A DNA stretch of 59,426 nucleotides, counting the filler, from Dugesia japonica (taxonomy: Eukaryota), in the NCBI GenBank assembly GCA_001938525.1. It is 4 parts of 4 records of this genome, joined end to end, with 100 filler letters (N's around TTAATTAATTAA, not from the genome) between each part and the next. Parts side by side here need not be neighbours in the genome. Positions count along the whole stretch, not along the records: positions 33,035 to 46,934 come from MQRL01528686.1; positions 47,035 to 59,426 come from MQRL01621418.1; 2 more parts are not named here. The stretch is one strand, 5' to 3'. Made by a program: the position numbers and the translations under genes. Numbering within the stretch: position 1 is the stretch's first letter; every line of letters begins with the position of its first letter. Under the pieces are notes generated by a model. That model saw nothing but the letters and a program-made list of their open reading frames with translations. It did no database searches and was not told where the DNA came from. Shown here piece after piece: positions 36,480-49,999 of this stretch.

Positions 36480-39400
36480 TCAAATTTAGTTCTACCTACA
36501 GTTTTGTTTCTAGTATTATAATCTATGCAATCTTTTAACCTTGGTTTTTCTCTAAACGAAACTATCTCATGTATCTTTGTTACTACTATTCATCTTTGAA
36601 TATAATATTCTAGATTTTTCCAATATCCAACGTTATTTGTCTTTGGATTTAAATCTAAAACTAATTTTTCTGTCTCAACAAACTTTTGTTTTAATTGATT
36701 TAATAAATTTATTTGATAATTAGATAATTCATTTATTTTTATCTTTTTTCTCTCTGGAGCTAATGAATATTTTCTAATAGCTAATTTTGCGGCATCATCT
36801 TTATATTGTAAATCAATTTTAAAATCATAACTAACATTAAACTCGTTATTATGTATTTCTTTTGCTTTATTAAACATAAATTGTAATTCTTGCATTGGGT
36901 TTCAGTTCACGTAATCAATTACTTCTTTTGATGCTTGTTTAAAATTACTATAAGGTTGACTCATTGAATGTCCGTATACATTATTTGCATCAATATATAA
37001 TAGAAAATTAGATTCTAAAGTCTCTTGAAGTTTAGTTGTATTTTTCCCGTTTATTTTAAAATCATTTAATAAATTTTGATATTCTGTGTCATTTAATACT
37101 ACAAAATCCTTGAAATCTTTATTAGGATATTTATTATTTGGTTTAACATATCTATCTCTTAATACCGTTGAGTTTCCTCCTTTTATTCCTCTTTCAAAGA
37201 ATTCGAACATTTCTTGCGTTTGTAATAAGTCTAATTTAATTTCTGTGTTTTTAAATTTTTGTCCATATTAAAAATAAGTCGAGTCTAAATCCTTTATTGC
37301 TCTAAATTTTTTTATTGCGTTAGTTATAATATATACGTCTACTTTGTTATATAAGATTGTGTAATCAAGGAAATTTTTACATCTAAATATCTGATAAACA
37401 TGTTTATATTTTAAATATTCTTCTTTAGTTATTCTTTTTCCGTGTAATGCTGAATAAAACGATTATATTGGTAAAGGATAAAATCTACCATTTAAATCAT
37501 AATGTGTTACATAATATTTTGCTGGATTATCCATCGTATGGATATATTCTTTTTTCCTTAATTAGTTCAAATAAAGCGTCGGGAAATAATTGCTGATTCT
37601 ATATTTAATCTTCCACTTACATTATTAGTTATTTCTGTATTTATAGGATTACTTATAATATCATTTGTTGTATTTCGTCTAGTTAATCTTACTTCGTCTG
37701 CAGTTAATCTAGCTGATTCTTCTTTACAGAAATTATATAATATTTTACTCTCTTCTTTTGATAATGATTTTGATATATCTTCTATCGAGTTTTGTAATAA
37801 TCGATAACTATCTAGAAATCTTACTTTCTCATATGATATAGACATGTAATTCTCTTCTGTCTTAAGAATTATATTTATTTGATTCGCTCTGCCTGAGAAA
37901 CTAGTTTGTTTTGCTAGTTTTTTATAATTAAATGAAAATCATATCCACTCCTTTTGTGAAAATAATAGCCTTTATGTGCTGCTCTTCTTTATTTTTCATT
38001 AAAGAGGTCTTGGCCTAATACTATATCGCCATTTGTTGGTTTTTCACAAATCCAACAGTCGGCAGAATTAGTGTAATTAATTATATATTCCTGCATAAGA
38101 TTTACTAGTATTGAATTTTTCAAATAATGAGCAATATAACTATACATGGCACTTTCTTTTACAATCAAATATTTAATTAACTCTTCTATACAATTTCTAC
38201 CATGAAAAACTCTGTTATAATCTTGTACAAATTCAGGATATAAAGATTTAAAATAAAGTGTTACTGTATATGGAACGTGCTAAATAACTGTCCTGTATCT
38301 GTAGTAATAACTCTCGGTGTTTTTGATGGGTACGACATAATATCAGCATAAATTACAAATGGTTGTTTTAACTTATAATGATGCTGTGTAAGCTTGAGAT
38401 AAGACATTCTTTCATATTTATGATTAAGTGCAGAACGCTTTTCACGTAATATTTCTTTTCTTCTCGAATTTTGACATTGATTAAATTCATTATTAGGTCA
38501 ATTAACTGTTTTTAATATCTATTGGGAAAATTAATCTAGATTTATTATCAATTGACTTACAAAACTCTTTATGGGATGTAAAAGCACCTGGTTTTCTCGA
38601 ATAATTAAAACATAAATACTGGTCAGTTCCGGTATGAGGAGATTCCTCGTTGAGAAAACTCTTTAAAATTTTAATCCAAAAGTAATGACCTCCGCAATAA
38701 CCTAGATAGAGTTTACATTTATTATAGGACATATTATTACAGTCTGGCTCAAAATACCTTAAATTATGATTATAATAGTATTGATAATGAAAATCACTTA
38801 AAACTTCACATTGAAAACCATTAGTTTTTATTACATAATTAGAAATATGCAATGGGGAAGATTTATAACTTTTTCGGAGTGTTATATCATTTGTAAGCGG
38901 TTTTTGATCTAATTCAAGTACATTTATAGAAATGCTGAATAATTTTTCCAGAATGTTAATCTTATTTATTGGAAAATCTGTCTTTATTATTTGACTAACA
39001 TCTATACTATTTTGCACAAATACATCAGCATTTATTGCTTTAAAATATTTTGAAATTTACTTTTATGATGTTTAGGAAATAAATGCGCAATTATATGCCA
39101 AAATACGCATAAATTATCTTTTGTTTTAATATTTATTATTGAGTTGGATCTAAATGGGAAATTTACAATATGCCCTACATGTAGAAATTTAACAGTAATG
39201 AATTCTAATGCAAGCTCTTTAAAACCTATAATTCTCCATTTGCTTTTTTGTAAACTGTTCATCTTATTGTCGAAAACATTATTTATACTTACATACATTT
39301 CTTCATAATTATTTTACTATTATTAAAACAAATTAAAATATGCGACTGAATTAATATATCATGTTCTAAAGTATTTCTATTTTCTATCTCTTTGTTAATT

Positions 39401-39530
39401 AATAGATCGTCTCTTTTCATATAAATGGTGCTAGAGATTATATATTTGAATTTCTTGTAAGTACAGTGTTCTATCTTATCTCTGATCGTATTTTCAAAAC
39501 CGTATAAAATAGGTATTTATATTATCAGTT
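36480..39530 (-). pseudogene. polB: Heavily decayed pPolB of a second, divergent Polinton lineage
   Basis: Ordered fragments IINIKTKDNLCVFWHIIAHL, GGHYFWI, FVIYADI, SGYDFH, RFLDSYRLL, ERGIKGG, LYIDANNVYGHSMSQP, LAPER, KLVLDL. Confidence 0.85.
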
Positions 39531-40716
39531 AAAAATAAATAAAGAGATATAGTTTACTTAAAATAATAGGGGTGCACATTTATTTTACTCAATCTATTAA
39601 TCTCCAGTTTTTCTCGATGACGTCTTTGTTCTTCTTGACGATTTAAACGAGAGGTGAATCTATTAATAATATGTATCCTATTTCTCCTTATAATTGGATG
39701 TAAATTAGGATTATTAATTCCTCATAATGCCTTTTTTATTATATTAATCACTTTTTATTTTTATTTCATTTTATTGATTTAAAATAATTAATTTATTGAA
39801 GCTTAGTAGTTGTTTAATAGGCTGGATGAGCCTTGTGGTATATTTTTTGATTTTCCTCATTTCTTACGTGGCCTCGTTTATTTAATTTAATCAATTTAAT
39901 CAATTGATTCAAATTTTGTGTTTTTTGTCATTGAGCGGAAAAAACCTTCAAAAACATCCATTTTGGACAAAGTGAAAAAATCAAAAAAATATCATATAGG
40001 GTTCATCCATTCTAATAAACAACTACTTACGTTAATAGGCTCTCTTCTTTTAATTTTTTCAACTAATAATAACGTTTTTTTTTATCTTCTACTTTCTCTA
40101 ATTGTCGCATGACAATCTCTTCTTCTGCTTTTTTACTATTTGCACAAATTATTAGCATTTTTTATAAGAGTTTTCTTTCGTCAGCTCTCCGTTTGCTAAA
40201 CATTTATTGACCAAATCTTCCACTTTTTAAAAAAACACTTCAATTTCTTCATTACCACGTCAAAAACTTACAAGATTTTGTAAGTCTTTTATTATGTCTC
40301 TCTTGCTCTCAAAAGCTAATCGCAATCTCTCTCGATATCCATCCGCTTTCTTNNNNNNNNNNNNNNNNNNNNNNNNNNNNNNNNNNNNNNNNNNNNNNNN
40401 NNTTATTATGTCTCTCTTGCTCTCAAAAGCTAATCGCAATCTCTCTCGATATCCATCCGCTTTCTTCAATGTCTTCTCATATACTTCCATTAAATCTTCA
40501 TGAAGTATACATGCTACCCAACGCTCCTGGTCTTTCTTAACAACGATGTTCTTTGACTCAAAGTACATTTCACTCCGTTTAAAATAATCTATTCTAGATC
40601 ATCGCCTCTGCAAAATATTTTTGGCAACAATCTTTCTGTGATTGCATCGGTTTTTACCGCTGCCACCATGTTAGGAGAGTTTAGAAAACTCATAGAATCA
40701 TTAACATCAGAATTCA

Positions 40717-40916
40717 AAAAATACACTAAAATAGATATATTTTATTCATTTAATTTTATATTTTATTCCATTTAAAATATATTTTGATTAAAAAAATTAC
40801 ACTAAATTAAACATATTTTATTCATTTAATTTTATATTTTATTCTTTTTAAAATATATTTTGATTTTAAAAAATACACTAAAATAAACATCTTTAATTCA
40901 TTTAATTTTATATTTT
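40717..40916. repeat. 76-bp AT-rich tandem repeat (~2.6 copies)
   Basis: ACACTAAA at 40723, 40799 and 40875, each followed by ...ATTCATTTAATTTTATATTTTA. Confidence 0.8.
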
Positions 40917-42194
40917 AAAAATCCTTAAATTTCAGTAATTTATTTTGTAAATTATTTTCTTGATACAATTTTAAATATACTTTTGATTTTAATAAATTAC
41001 GATTTCAAAAATAAAAAATAAAATAAATTATATGTTTTTAATGTATTTTAAAATTTCATAGTGATAAAATTTGAAAATTAAAATAGTTAACAAATGCTGA
41101 TATTTGATATTTTTAGCTTTTAAATATGAATTTTTAAATTTGTTTGAAAAACCAAATTTATGATTGAATCTAAAATATGAAAATTTAAAACTAAATTAGA
41201 TAAAGAAATTAAAGAACTAATAGATAAAGAAATAATAAAACAAGTCGAGTTAAAATCAAATGATAAAGTTAATCAAGCTACATTTAATTCTTTTGAACAA
41301 GATCAGGATAAAAAAATAAAATTTTTAAAAGATAGTGTAAAAGATGTTGAGTTAAAATCGAGTGATAAAATTAATACACATTTAATTCTTTTAAACTGAA
41401 ACAAGAAACGGTTTTAAAAAATCTTCAAACATTGTTTGGCGATAAATTAAATAATATTGATTTACAATTACTTTTCTTTAAAAGTTTATATATTAATACT
41501 TTTAATATTGATTTATTATCAAACATTAATAAAATAAGGCATTATGAAAAAGCATATAATTTAAAAATAAGATTTTGATTATCACCTAATTTTCCTTTTG
41601 GTTTAGATAATATAAATGATAATTTAAAATATGAACATTTAAGTGGTAATGGATTAACTATATAAGGTAAAACTTATTTAAGATTAAAAAATAAACCAGA
41701 TGCAAAAACTTCTTTTATAAGTGGTAATAAATGTTTTTATTTAAATAAAGGCGATCAATTTATTTTTAATTATGAATTTAAAAAAGACTTTGTTTTTATT
41801 ATTCTGTTTAATAGAGAAAGTTATTCTGATTCAGAAAGTGTGTTTATTAGAAGTCATAAAGAGAGTAAAACGATAAGTCAAATTGAAACAGCAGCAAATA
41901 ATACCTTAAAATATCCAAATATATTAGGTGAATACGAACATTATAAAAATTATATATATTTGGATTATAACAAATTATATAAAGATAGAAAAGATAATTT
42001 AACTTTCTTTAATACTCCTAAAACTTGCCTCGATTTATTATATATTGAAAAGAATGGAAATCAAATTATTCTTAATCAAAATAATGATCAAAATAAACAG
42101 ACTATGACTATAAAAAAGCAAATTGGAAAAACTAGAGGGGTTTATTTTCAGTCGGTAGAAGATATTATAAGAACGAAAGATAATAAAATATAGA

Positions 42195-43110
42195 TACCAG
42201 AAATTAAGAGAGCTGAATTTATTAAAAAACTCATTTTATTTTGTGACATGCTGGATGTGAAAAAGTAAAATCATATATTAAAATTAATTTTAATGTGTAA
42301 AATTTGGCAACTTTTGTGAAAGAAATTATTGATGGATGTGAAGCATGCCAAAACCAAAAAATAATAATTACTAGAACGAAAGAGGCCATAATTCCAGAAA
42401 CATCTTCAAGGTCATAAGAATATTTATATTGATATTTGTGGACCATTAAAGTAAACTTGGCATCAAGAATAAAATATATTAGCAATAATAAATCATTTTA
42501 GTAGGTATATTTCATTAATAGCAATCGCTAAACAAAATGAAAATATTATAACTGATACTTTGGTTAAGAAATGAATTCTAAAATATGGTGCACCTCGTAA
42601 AATACATTTAGATTGCGGGAAAAGTTTTGANTCAAAGATGATGAAAGAGTTGGCTGATAAATATAAGATACAAGTAGTTTATTCTAGTCCATATCACCAC
42701 AGTGCTAATAGAACGACAATTTAAAACAATTAGATATCGTATAAATACTTCCGTAACGAATAATAAGAACAAAAATTGGGCAGATTTGATTCTGGAAACT
42801 GAACTTTTCATGAATGCTTCAACTCAAAAAACAACTAAAAAGATTCCAAAGTGATTTTTGCTTTTAAAATAAACAGAACAAAATGACATAAAACGGATAA
42901 AATGCAATATAGAAATGCTATTCACGAAGAAATAACAGATAATAATAAAAACACAGTTGATCGTCATTCGATTATAAGAACATTTGCAGTTGGTGACACA
43001 GTATTAGTAAAAAAGGATAATCGACATAAAAATGAAGAAAGATATAATAGACCGTACAAAGTGACGAAAGGATTACATGAACGAAGTTATGAAATTACAG
43101 ATATAAATTA
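42195..43110 (+). pseudogene. Ty3/Gypsy integrase relic
   Basis: THFIL*HAG...CEACQ (HHCC), IDICGPL, NHFSRY, YGAPRKIHLDCGKSF, SSPYHH, FAVGDTVLVK...RPYKV. Confidence 0.88.
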
Positions 43111-45139
43111 CAGATATGTCCACTCCAGTTATTTATTTTATTTTGCACCAAATCAATTCTGGTGCACAATAAGGTATATCGTCTTCAAGACATGGATAAA
43201 GAAGTCTGAGTATTTCTTTGAACAAATCTAAAATTAAATAACATAATTCAAATGAAATTAAATCAAACCTTTATCGAATGTATTTAAAGATTTTTTTTAA
43301 AAGGTTTATACCTTTCGTCAACTCGGCTTCTTCTAACATACATCAGATTCAATATTTTCTAAATCAATTATATTCTAAATAAATTATTATAAAATATCTT
43401 ACACGTAGCTTCAAAATACTTTTCCTCTTCATCAGCTGTTGTAGGCCATTTTTTTCATCATATTCTAAATTTGGCTGGACTTCTTCATTTTGATGATCTT
43501 TTAATTTTCAAATAAATCTTTACACATTTTGAAAATAAATGATTTTAGTTCATTTGTATTTCGAATATAAAGGTTTTAACATACAATCAAAATTATTTCA
43601 ATATATTTTTAGCCAATTCAATTAATTTATTTTTATTACATACATTCATGTAGACACATCGAAATGTATATAAATTCAGGATTTTCTAAATCAATCATTA
43701 TTTTTAAAATATGACCAAAATGAATGCATTATCACTGAAACAAGAAAGAAATGGCTCTTTCCAAAATTCCAAAAATTCTTTCATCATTAAATCCAAATAC
43801 TGAAGATAAATACGTAAGATTGAATTATATAGATTCCTTAAGCGATTGTAAAGCCAACAAAGCAGAAAATTTGAAAAATGTTTACAATCTCTATATGTTC
43901 ATGAACGCTTTTGAGGAGATTTAAAATAATGGGGTATTACTCTATCGACATAAGTTGGAGAATATACTAGAAGCTGGTTAACACGCCTTGATGGAAATTC
44001 AATTTTTGGATAGTTTGGTATTATAAGGAAAAGAAGAAAGCTTCAAAAATCTAGATTTCAATATGGATTCATTAAAAATCATAAGTTTACTAATGAATAA
44101 TTTGGTAAAATTGTTTAATCTTGATCCGTCAACTGTAGTGAACGAGCTTTTTGAAGAAGATACAATAAAAGTATCAAATAGTTTAAACATTGACTTAGAT
44201 TATAATAGTCCTGAACAAATAAATGAAATCAGGTTTGATATACAATTACAATCTCTATCCTTCGCGTTTGGAAAACAACACAAATCTGAGATTGAAAGAA
44301 AAAGAAAAACTGGTGGTAATACTTTTATTTTTATTTCTAAATATTTAAATTAAATATTTAGAAATAATTTGCCACAGAAAATATTCCAAGGATCACAGAA
44401 TATCATATAACTTAAATGAAATTTGACGTTTAAATGTTATTTAATAAATTTTGTTTAATAAATCTTATTTTTATCATAGTTATTTTTTTGTAACATTAAT
44501 TATACATAAGCAATTTATTTATTACCTTGATTACTTGTTACCAGTATTTCAGGATTTTTGTCCGAATAATTAATTTCAACAATTTCCATCATGTCGTTTA
44601 TAATCGAATCTAAATCAATTATTATTAATAATAATAGGAAATATTTAATTTTGTTTATAACTAGTATGTTACTGTATTCCATTGTCTTTATTAATTTTGA
44701 CTCTTTATTGCCTTTTCTTTGTTTATTTTGTCTTTGAACTGGATTTATTTGTTGAGCTTGCATCTAAATTGTTCTTTGTTAATAATGCATTTGTGTTGGT
44801 TATTTTTGTTGAAAGAATCAATGAATAATTTTGGTACTAAATAGAACCTGTATACGTTCTCATAAAAAATTTCTATTAAATAAAACAAATTGTAATGGAA
44901 CTAATAATATAAGATTAACTAGCTTATTGATATCGGACCAATACCATTTACTTTCGCCTTAAGGGCAAAAACACGCGCCAGGAGGCGCGAAAATATTTTC
45001 TAAAATATAGGGGCCTTTCATATATATATTTTAGTTTGTAAGATATGAAGGGGAGGTGAGGTTAATATTTAAAAAAATAATAAATGCTACAGAATTGTTT
45101 GAAAACATGCATATATTAAGAAAACAAAACTGAACAAGG

Positions 45140-45275
45140 TATATATATATTCTATTGAGTAACTGAGTATATATATACTATTGAGTAACTGAGTATATAT
45201 GTATATACTATTGAGTAACTGAGTATATATGTATATACTATTGAGTAACTGAGTATATATATATACTATTGAGTA
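45140..45275. repeat. Minisatellite CTATTGAGTAACTGAG(TA)n, ~5 units of 26-30 bp
   Basis: CTATTGAG at 45152, 45178, 45208, 45238 and 45266. Confidence 0.85.
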
Positions 45276-45701
45276 ATAAATATAATATTTTAAGTAGACC
45301 ATACTTGCATCGGTAGCACTCACAGTGAGCGCAGAGATATATCGCCTTGTGATATTGTCCCAGAATTGCCTCATAATTTTCTTTCTTCAAGGCTATTCTA
45401 TTTTTTAGTAAAATAACTGAGATAATATCTGAAAATAAAAATTATAAATAAAAAAAAATACGTACCTTTTTCATTAATCAAATCCTCCTGACCATCTGAC
45501 TCAGCAGATTCAATACATGACTTTACGTTTTTAAAAATTAACAACTGATTAAAATGAAATATGTAATATGTTATATATAATTCTCTGTTTAGCACAAATC
45601 GACCATTTAAAATCGGCCAACGAAAAAACAAGTAATTATCAAGCAAGGAAGTGCCTTGTTATACTTGCATTCATATTTTGCAATTAAACAATTAAATTAT
45701 A

Positions 45702-46127
45702 TCAATCAGAAATTATATTATCTACATATCCTTTATAGTGTAAATTCTTTATACTGAGTATTACAACTTTTCTTGATGAAAATACGTTTACACATACAGG
45801 ATAATACTTTGTAAGTTGTAAATCAGGGAACAATTTTGGTTCAAACCAACATTTTGTTATTTTTGCTAATTTATACAAATTGATAACTTGCCCCAAATTT
45901 ATTACAATTGTTAATGATTGCAAACGAATATCTTTTATATCATACTGTAATTTTTTCATTTCCAACGGTTTTTTGCATCCCATTATTCGACAATTTCCCG
46001 ATTTAAAGAATATTAATGTATATTTCCCGCTTTTGTCAACAAATTGAGAAGATTTACCGATAGGAAACTTCATTTTGGCTGTTACATCTTGCGACACTTT
46101 CCCTTTTTAATTAATATTAACTAACAT
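45702..46127 (-). pseudogene. Intronless, compact TATA-binding-protein-like gene (one early stop)
   Basis: MLVNIN*KGKV...TLIFFKSGNCRIMGCK...INLYKLA...FEPKLFPDL...VNVFSSRKVVILSIK forms two TBP half-repeats (F.SG....G.K; EPE.FP). Confidence 0.8.
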
Positions 46128-46151
46128 TATTAATGATTTTAAATAAATGAG

Positions 46152-46182
<31 letters not shown>

Positions 46183-46322
46183 TNNNNNNNNNNNNNNNNN
46201 NNNNNNNNNNNNNNNNNNNNNNNNNNNNNNNNNTATATATATTCCAGAAATAAAATTAATTGATTCATTTAAACAAAGACAAATAGTATTATAAAAAATG
46301 CATTCAATTAAATTCATATAAA

Positions 46323-46934
46323 ATGGAGTTGAGAAATGGTGCTGTTTATCAAATTGTTGGTACAAGCAGTAGTGAGAAAACATTTTTCATATGCAAGTTA
46401 CTAAAATCACATTTATTTAAATCAAAATTTAACAAAACATATTGGCACAGAGGTGCAGATGAAAATCATGGGTTTACACAATCTGAGTTTTGCAACATAC
46501 AAATGAAAATTATAAATAGATTAGATAAAAATTGGAGCAAAAGATTGAAACCGGGCGATGTTATTTTAGTAGATGATCTGTATCAGAAAGCAAACAAAGA
46601 AAAGGATTTTAATAATTTATTTACTAAATAAGCATACATTGTAATGTGACTGTGATATTAATTTCACAAAATTTATTCCATCAAGGAGGATGTCATAAGA
46701 CACGTAATTTAAATGTACAATACTTGGTTCTTTTTAAAAATCCAAGAGATCAAAGAGTTGTTTGATAGATAATTTAATAGATAATAATAGATAATAATGG
46801 ATAATTTCTTAGTGAATCATTTCAAGATGCAACAATAAATTCACATGGTTATATTTTTCACGACTTTACACAACAATGTCCAGACGAACTGAGGGTGAGA
46901 ACCGATATTTTCAATCCTGATGGTGTTACTGTGT
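46323..46934 (+). pseudogene. A32/FtsK-like genome packaging ATPase of Polinton type
   Basis: Degenerate Walker A (IVGTSSSEKT), Walker B (ILVDDL), LFTK*SIHCNVTVILISQNLFHQG...LNVQYLVLFKNPRD, DAT..HGY..D, RVRTDIF. Confidence 0.88.
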
Positions 46935-47034
46935 NNNNNNNNNNNNNNNNNNNNNNNNNNNNNNNNNNNNNNNNNNNNTTAATTAATTAANNNNNNNNNN
47001 NNNNNNNNNNNNNNNNNNNNNNNNNNNNNNNNNN
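46935..47034. other. Artificial scaffold linker
   Basis: N44-TTAATTAATTAA-N44. Confidence 0.95.
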
Positions 47035-47248
47035 GAATTTTGTTTTTAAAATTAATTAATTTTCCCATATTAATTAATTATTTCTTTATATTATTTTTCT
47101 TGTTGATTCCTTTTATTTGATAATTTTTCTTGATTACTGATCCTATGTTGGTTTACGGTTCTTGTATCTTCTTTCTTTTCGCTTTATTTCTTGTTTTTGG
47201 TTGCCTTTCTTTTTATTTCTTTTCCTTTATGGGTGTTTCACCCCAACA
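47035..47248 (-). mobile_element. 5' end of a solo-LTR-like copy inserted in a MULE transposase
   Basis: GGGTGTTTCACCCCAACA at 47231-47248 abuts transposase coding sequence. Confidence 0.65.
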
Positions 47249-47805
47249 CTTATATTAGTGACAGAAAGCGACCAGGACGTACTAAATATTATAGTCAAGC
47301 ACTCTTTCCAATAAAAAGCTGGAATCATTATGAAACTGCATCTGAAGGAATAGCCAGAACAACGAACTCTGTAGAAGGTTGGCATTATAGACTCCAGATA
47401 CTTCTTCAATGCCACCATCCTACATTATGGACATTTATAAAAGGAATCGCAAAGGATATGCAAATACAATGAACAGCATGTCTACAGGGTATATCTGGCG
47501 TGCAAACCCAAAAGATACAATTTAATGAAACAGAGAGTAAAAATACACAGTCGAGTGAAATTTTAGCTTATTTACGAGTTCTTACACATATGTCATGCAA
47601 TTAAAAAATTTATATTGTGAAATATTTTGTATTTTATTTTACTTTATAGCATTCATTTTATTGAATTGTACTAATAATAAATTAAATATATTAAGTCACC
47701 TGATTAAGTATTTTTATGTGTAAATGTCACTGATAAAGTGTCAAGTGATTAAATATCGGTAATTAAGTGTCTATGTGATTAAATGTCGGTGATTAAATAT
47801 CCATA
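47249..47805 (+). mobile_element. MULE/Mutator transposase C-terminus plus repeat-rich terminal region
   Basis: LFPIKSWNHY...RTTNSVEGWH...HPTLWTFI; ~14-bp GTGATTAAATGTC-type repeats at 47698-47802. Confidence 0.8.
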
Positions 47806-47814
47806 CAACATTTA

Positions 47815-48154
47815 ATTCATTTAATTTATTTTTCCTTTCTTCAATATTCAACTCAACATGATTGTCTTATTTTGTCTAATGAACTAATTGTTATTAGTTA
47901 TTTTCTTTGTTCTTATAATTGTTTTTATTAATCTTTTTTTTCTTTGGCTTTCTTATTTCTGATTTGTTTTTTGCTGAAATTCTATATTCTTCTGGTTATT
48001 GCATAAGTTTAAGCTTCCGGTTTTCTCTTTCATTATTTCTTTATTCAACTGAATTATGTCTTTCTTAGGTCTGAATACTTTGTTATTTTTCTTAGGAATT
48101 TTGAGTCTACTTAACGCTATTTTTATTTTCCATACCGGGTGTTTCACCCCAACA
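47815..48154 (-). mobile_element. 5' fragment of a solo-LTR-like copy
   Basis: Reverse complement aligns with 57604-57760 (TGTTGGGGTGAAACACC...AAGTAGACTC...TTCAGACCTAAG). Confidence 0.75.
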
Positions 48155-48869
48155 TAAGTTATTAATAGACATAATTTGTAGGCATTATTCAGTAGTGAAT
48201 AGAGCTTGCGAAAGTAGCGAAAATTCTTAGTACCTGTTTTCGGCAGTGATGCTTACTTAGTACGGTATTCTCGGGAAAACCTGTACTCCATAAAAAAATT
48301 TTAAATCATAAAAAAACATCAAAAAGATTGATTTTTATAAATATTTATTGATTTGATTCTATTTAATCTTACAATCAAAAATTTAATATTTTTTTCATAA
48401 AATCTTCGTATATTAGTGATTTTTAAAAATTTTTTTATTTGATAACAATTTTTACATATAAGAAATTTTGAAAGATTTTTTCAATTATTATATTATAATT
48501 AAAATTTTTAAATTTTTGTAATATTTTTAAAAAATTTTCAAAATTTATTCTGTTTTTTTTAATTATTTACTATGTATATATACTTAGTGTTTTTATTTTG
48601 TGTTATATATAATTTATGTTATTTTAAAAATGTATTTTCATAAATTTTTAAAAATTCATTTACAAAATTAATCTATATATAAAATTAATTCTTTTAAATA
48701 AAAGTACATTTAAAGGTTTCTTTCAAATTCGTATAAAAAGCATTTATTTTATTTAATTAATATTTTTTCGTTTTTTTATATAAATATATTTATTTTAAAT
48801 TAAACATATTGTTTATTGGTATTGATATAAACATTTTTTTTCAAAAATTCTTTTTAATTATTGTTATTG

Positions 48870-49400
48870 TTGAACACCACATTGATCTGAGGTTTATCCT
48901 CTTTTATTAATATTTGTTTATGCATTTGGGAGCACAAATTGTTTTTCTTGGTTTCTGTAATTGAATACCCAAAGGTGCTTGCGTTTTAATTATAATTCTT
49001 GGATTGTGTTTTAGTTTCGATTTTTTAATTATATTTTGCTTGATTAGGCTACATTTCTCATTAATAAAAGGTAATTTAATTACTGTATTTGTTTTTGTTT
49101 GCTTTTATTAAATTCTGTATTTTTAGGATAGATATTTCGATATAATTCTATTTGGATAACCATTATTTAGAAATTCATTTTTTTCATCCTGAGTGAAGTT
49201 AGTCTCATTTTTTCGTTTGAAGATTTTGAAGATAGTCTTTCAGGTTTTATTCTTTCACCTTTGATTATTCCAATTTTCTGTCTGATGGTAATATTACTAC
49301 TGCAGGGTAATATATGTTCACTGTGAAATGGTTTCATATACAGTTGGGTAAGTAATAATTCACCAGGTTTCTTTTTCTTTCTCAATTTTAGTTTTACCAA
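48870..49400 (-). pseudogene. Penelope-like retroelement RT thumb fragment
   Basis: TQLYMKPFHSEHILPCSSNITIRQKIGII...RLSS...NGYP...IKLPFI resembles the PLE pattern Y.KP......S.H....K...NGYP...LP[YF]. Confidence 0.65.
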
Positions 49401-49999
49401 ATTTGCATTGTTAGTTTTATCAAATTCTCAATTTTAGTTTCACCAAATTCGCATTGTTAGCTTTATCAAATTATCAATTTTAGATTTCATTTAAATAAAG
49501 AAAAAGCTTCGATTAAAATAAAATGTATTTGTAAAAAGTTAAAATTTTCGACAATAGTCGACAATTATCTTCTACTTCTTTATTGTTTCGACACAATATA
49601 TGTTTGTTACTCAATTCTTTAGATTTTATCGAACTTTTATTTTTTGATGGATTTTTGTGGGTGATGGCTTGTTAGAAAGGTGGTGTGATGAGGAGGATGA
49701 TGGTATAAAGGCTGTGAGAAATTGAGGATTTTTTAATCGATAATTTCATTGGTTAATATTTGTAAGTAGTATAAAGGTGTTAAAAAATTTTCCTCCGTGG
49801 GAAAGGTAAATGGGTTGTAAGATAATTAATTATGGGATTTTATAAAATTTAAATGAATTTTTTCTGTGGAGTGGTGGTGACGTAATAATTTTTTGAAAAA
49901 TGTTGATTTAAATAAAAATGATGAATTTATGATTTTTAATAAAAAATTAATTATTTATTTAAAATGTTGTTTTATGAAAAAAGATGTAATTTTTTTTAG

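Noticed and set aside
43130-44353. Possible decayed DNA-transposase reading frame
   Set aside because: The composition is coding-like, but I could not recognise a diagnostic catalytic motif.
44974-45003. Helitron 3' end (GC hairpin followed by CTAA)
   Set aside because: It is not followed by the target T, and there is no Rep/helicase or 5' TC evidence.
45140-45275. CRISPR-like array
   Set aside because: There are no unique spacers, only (TA)n length variation, and the context is eukaryotic with no cas genes.
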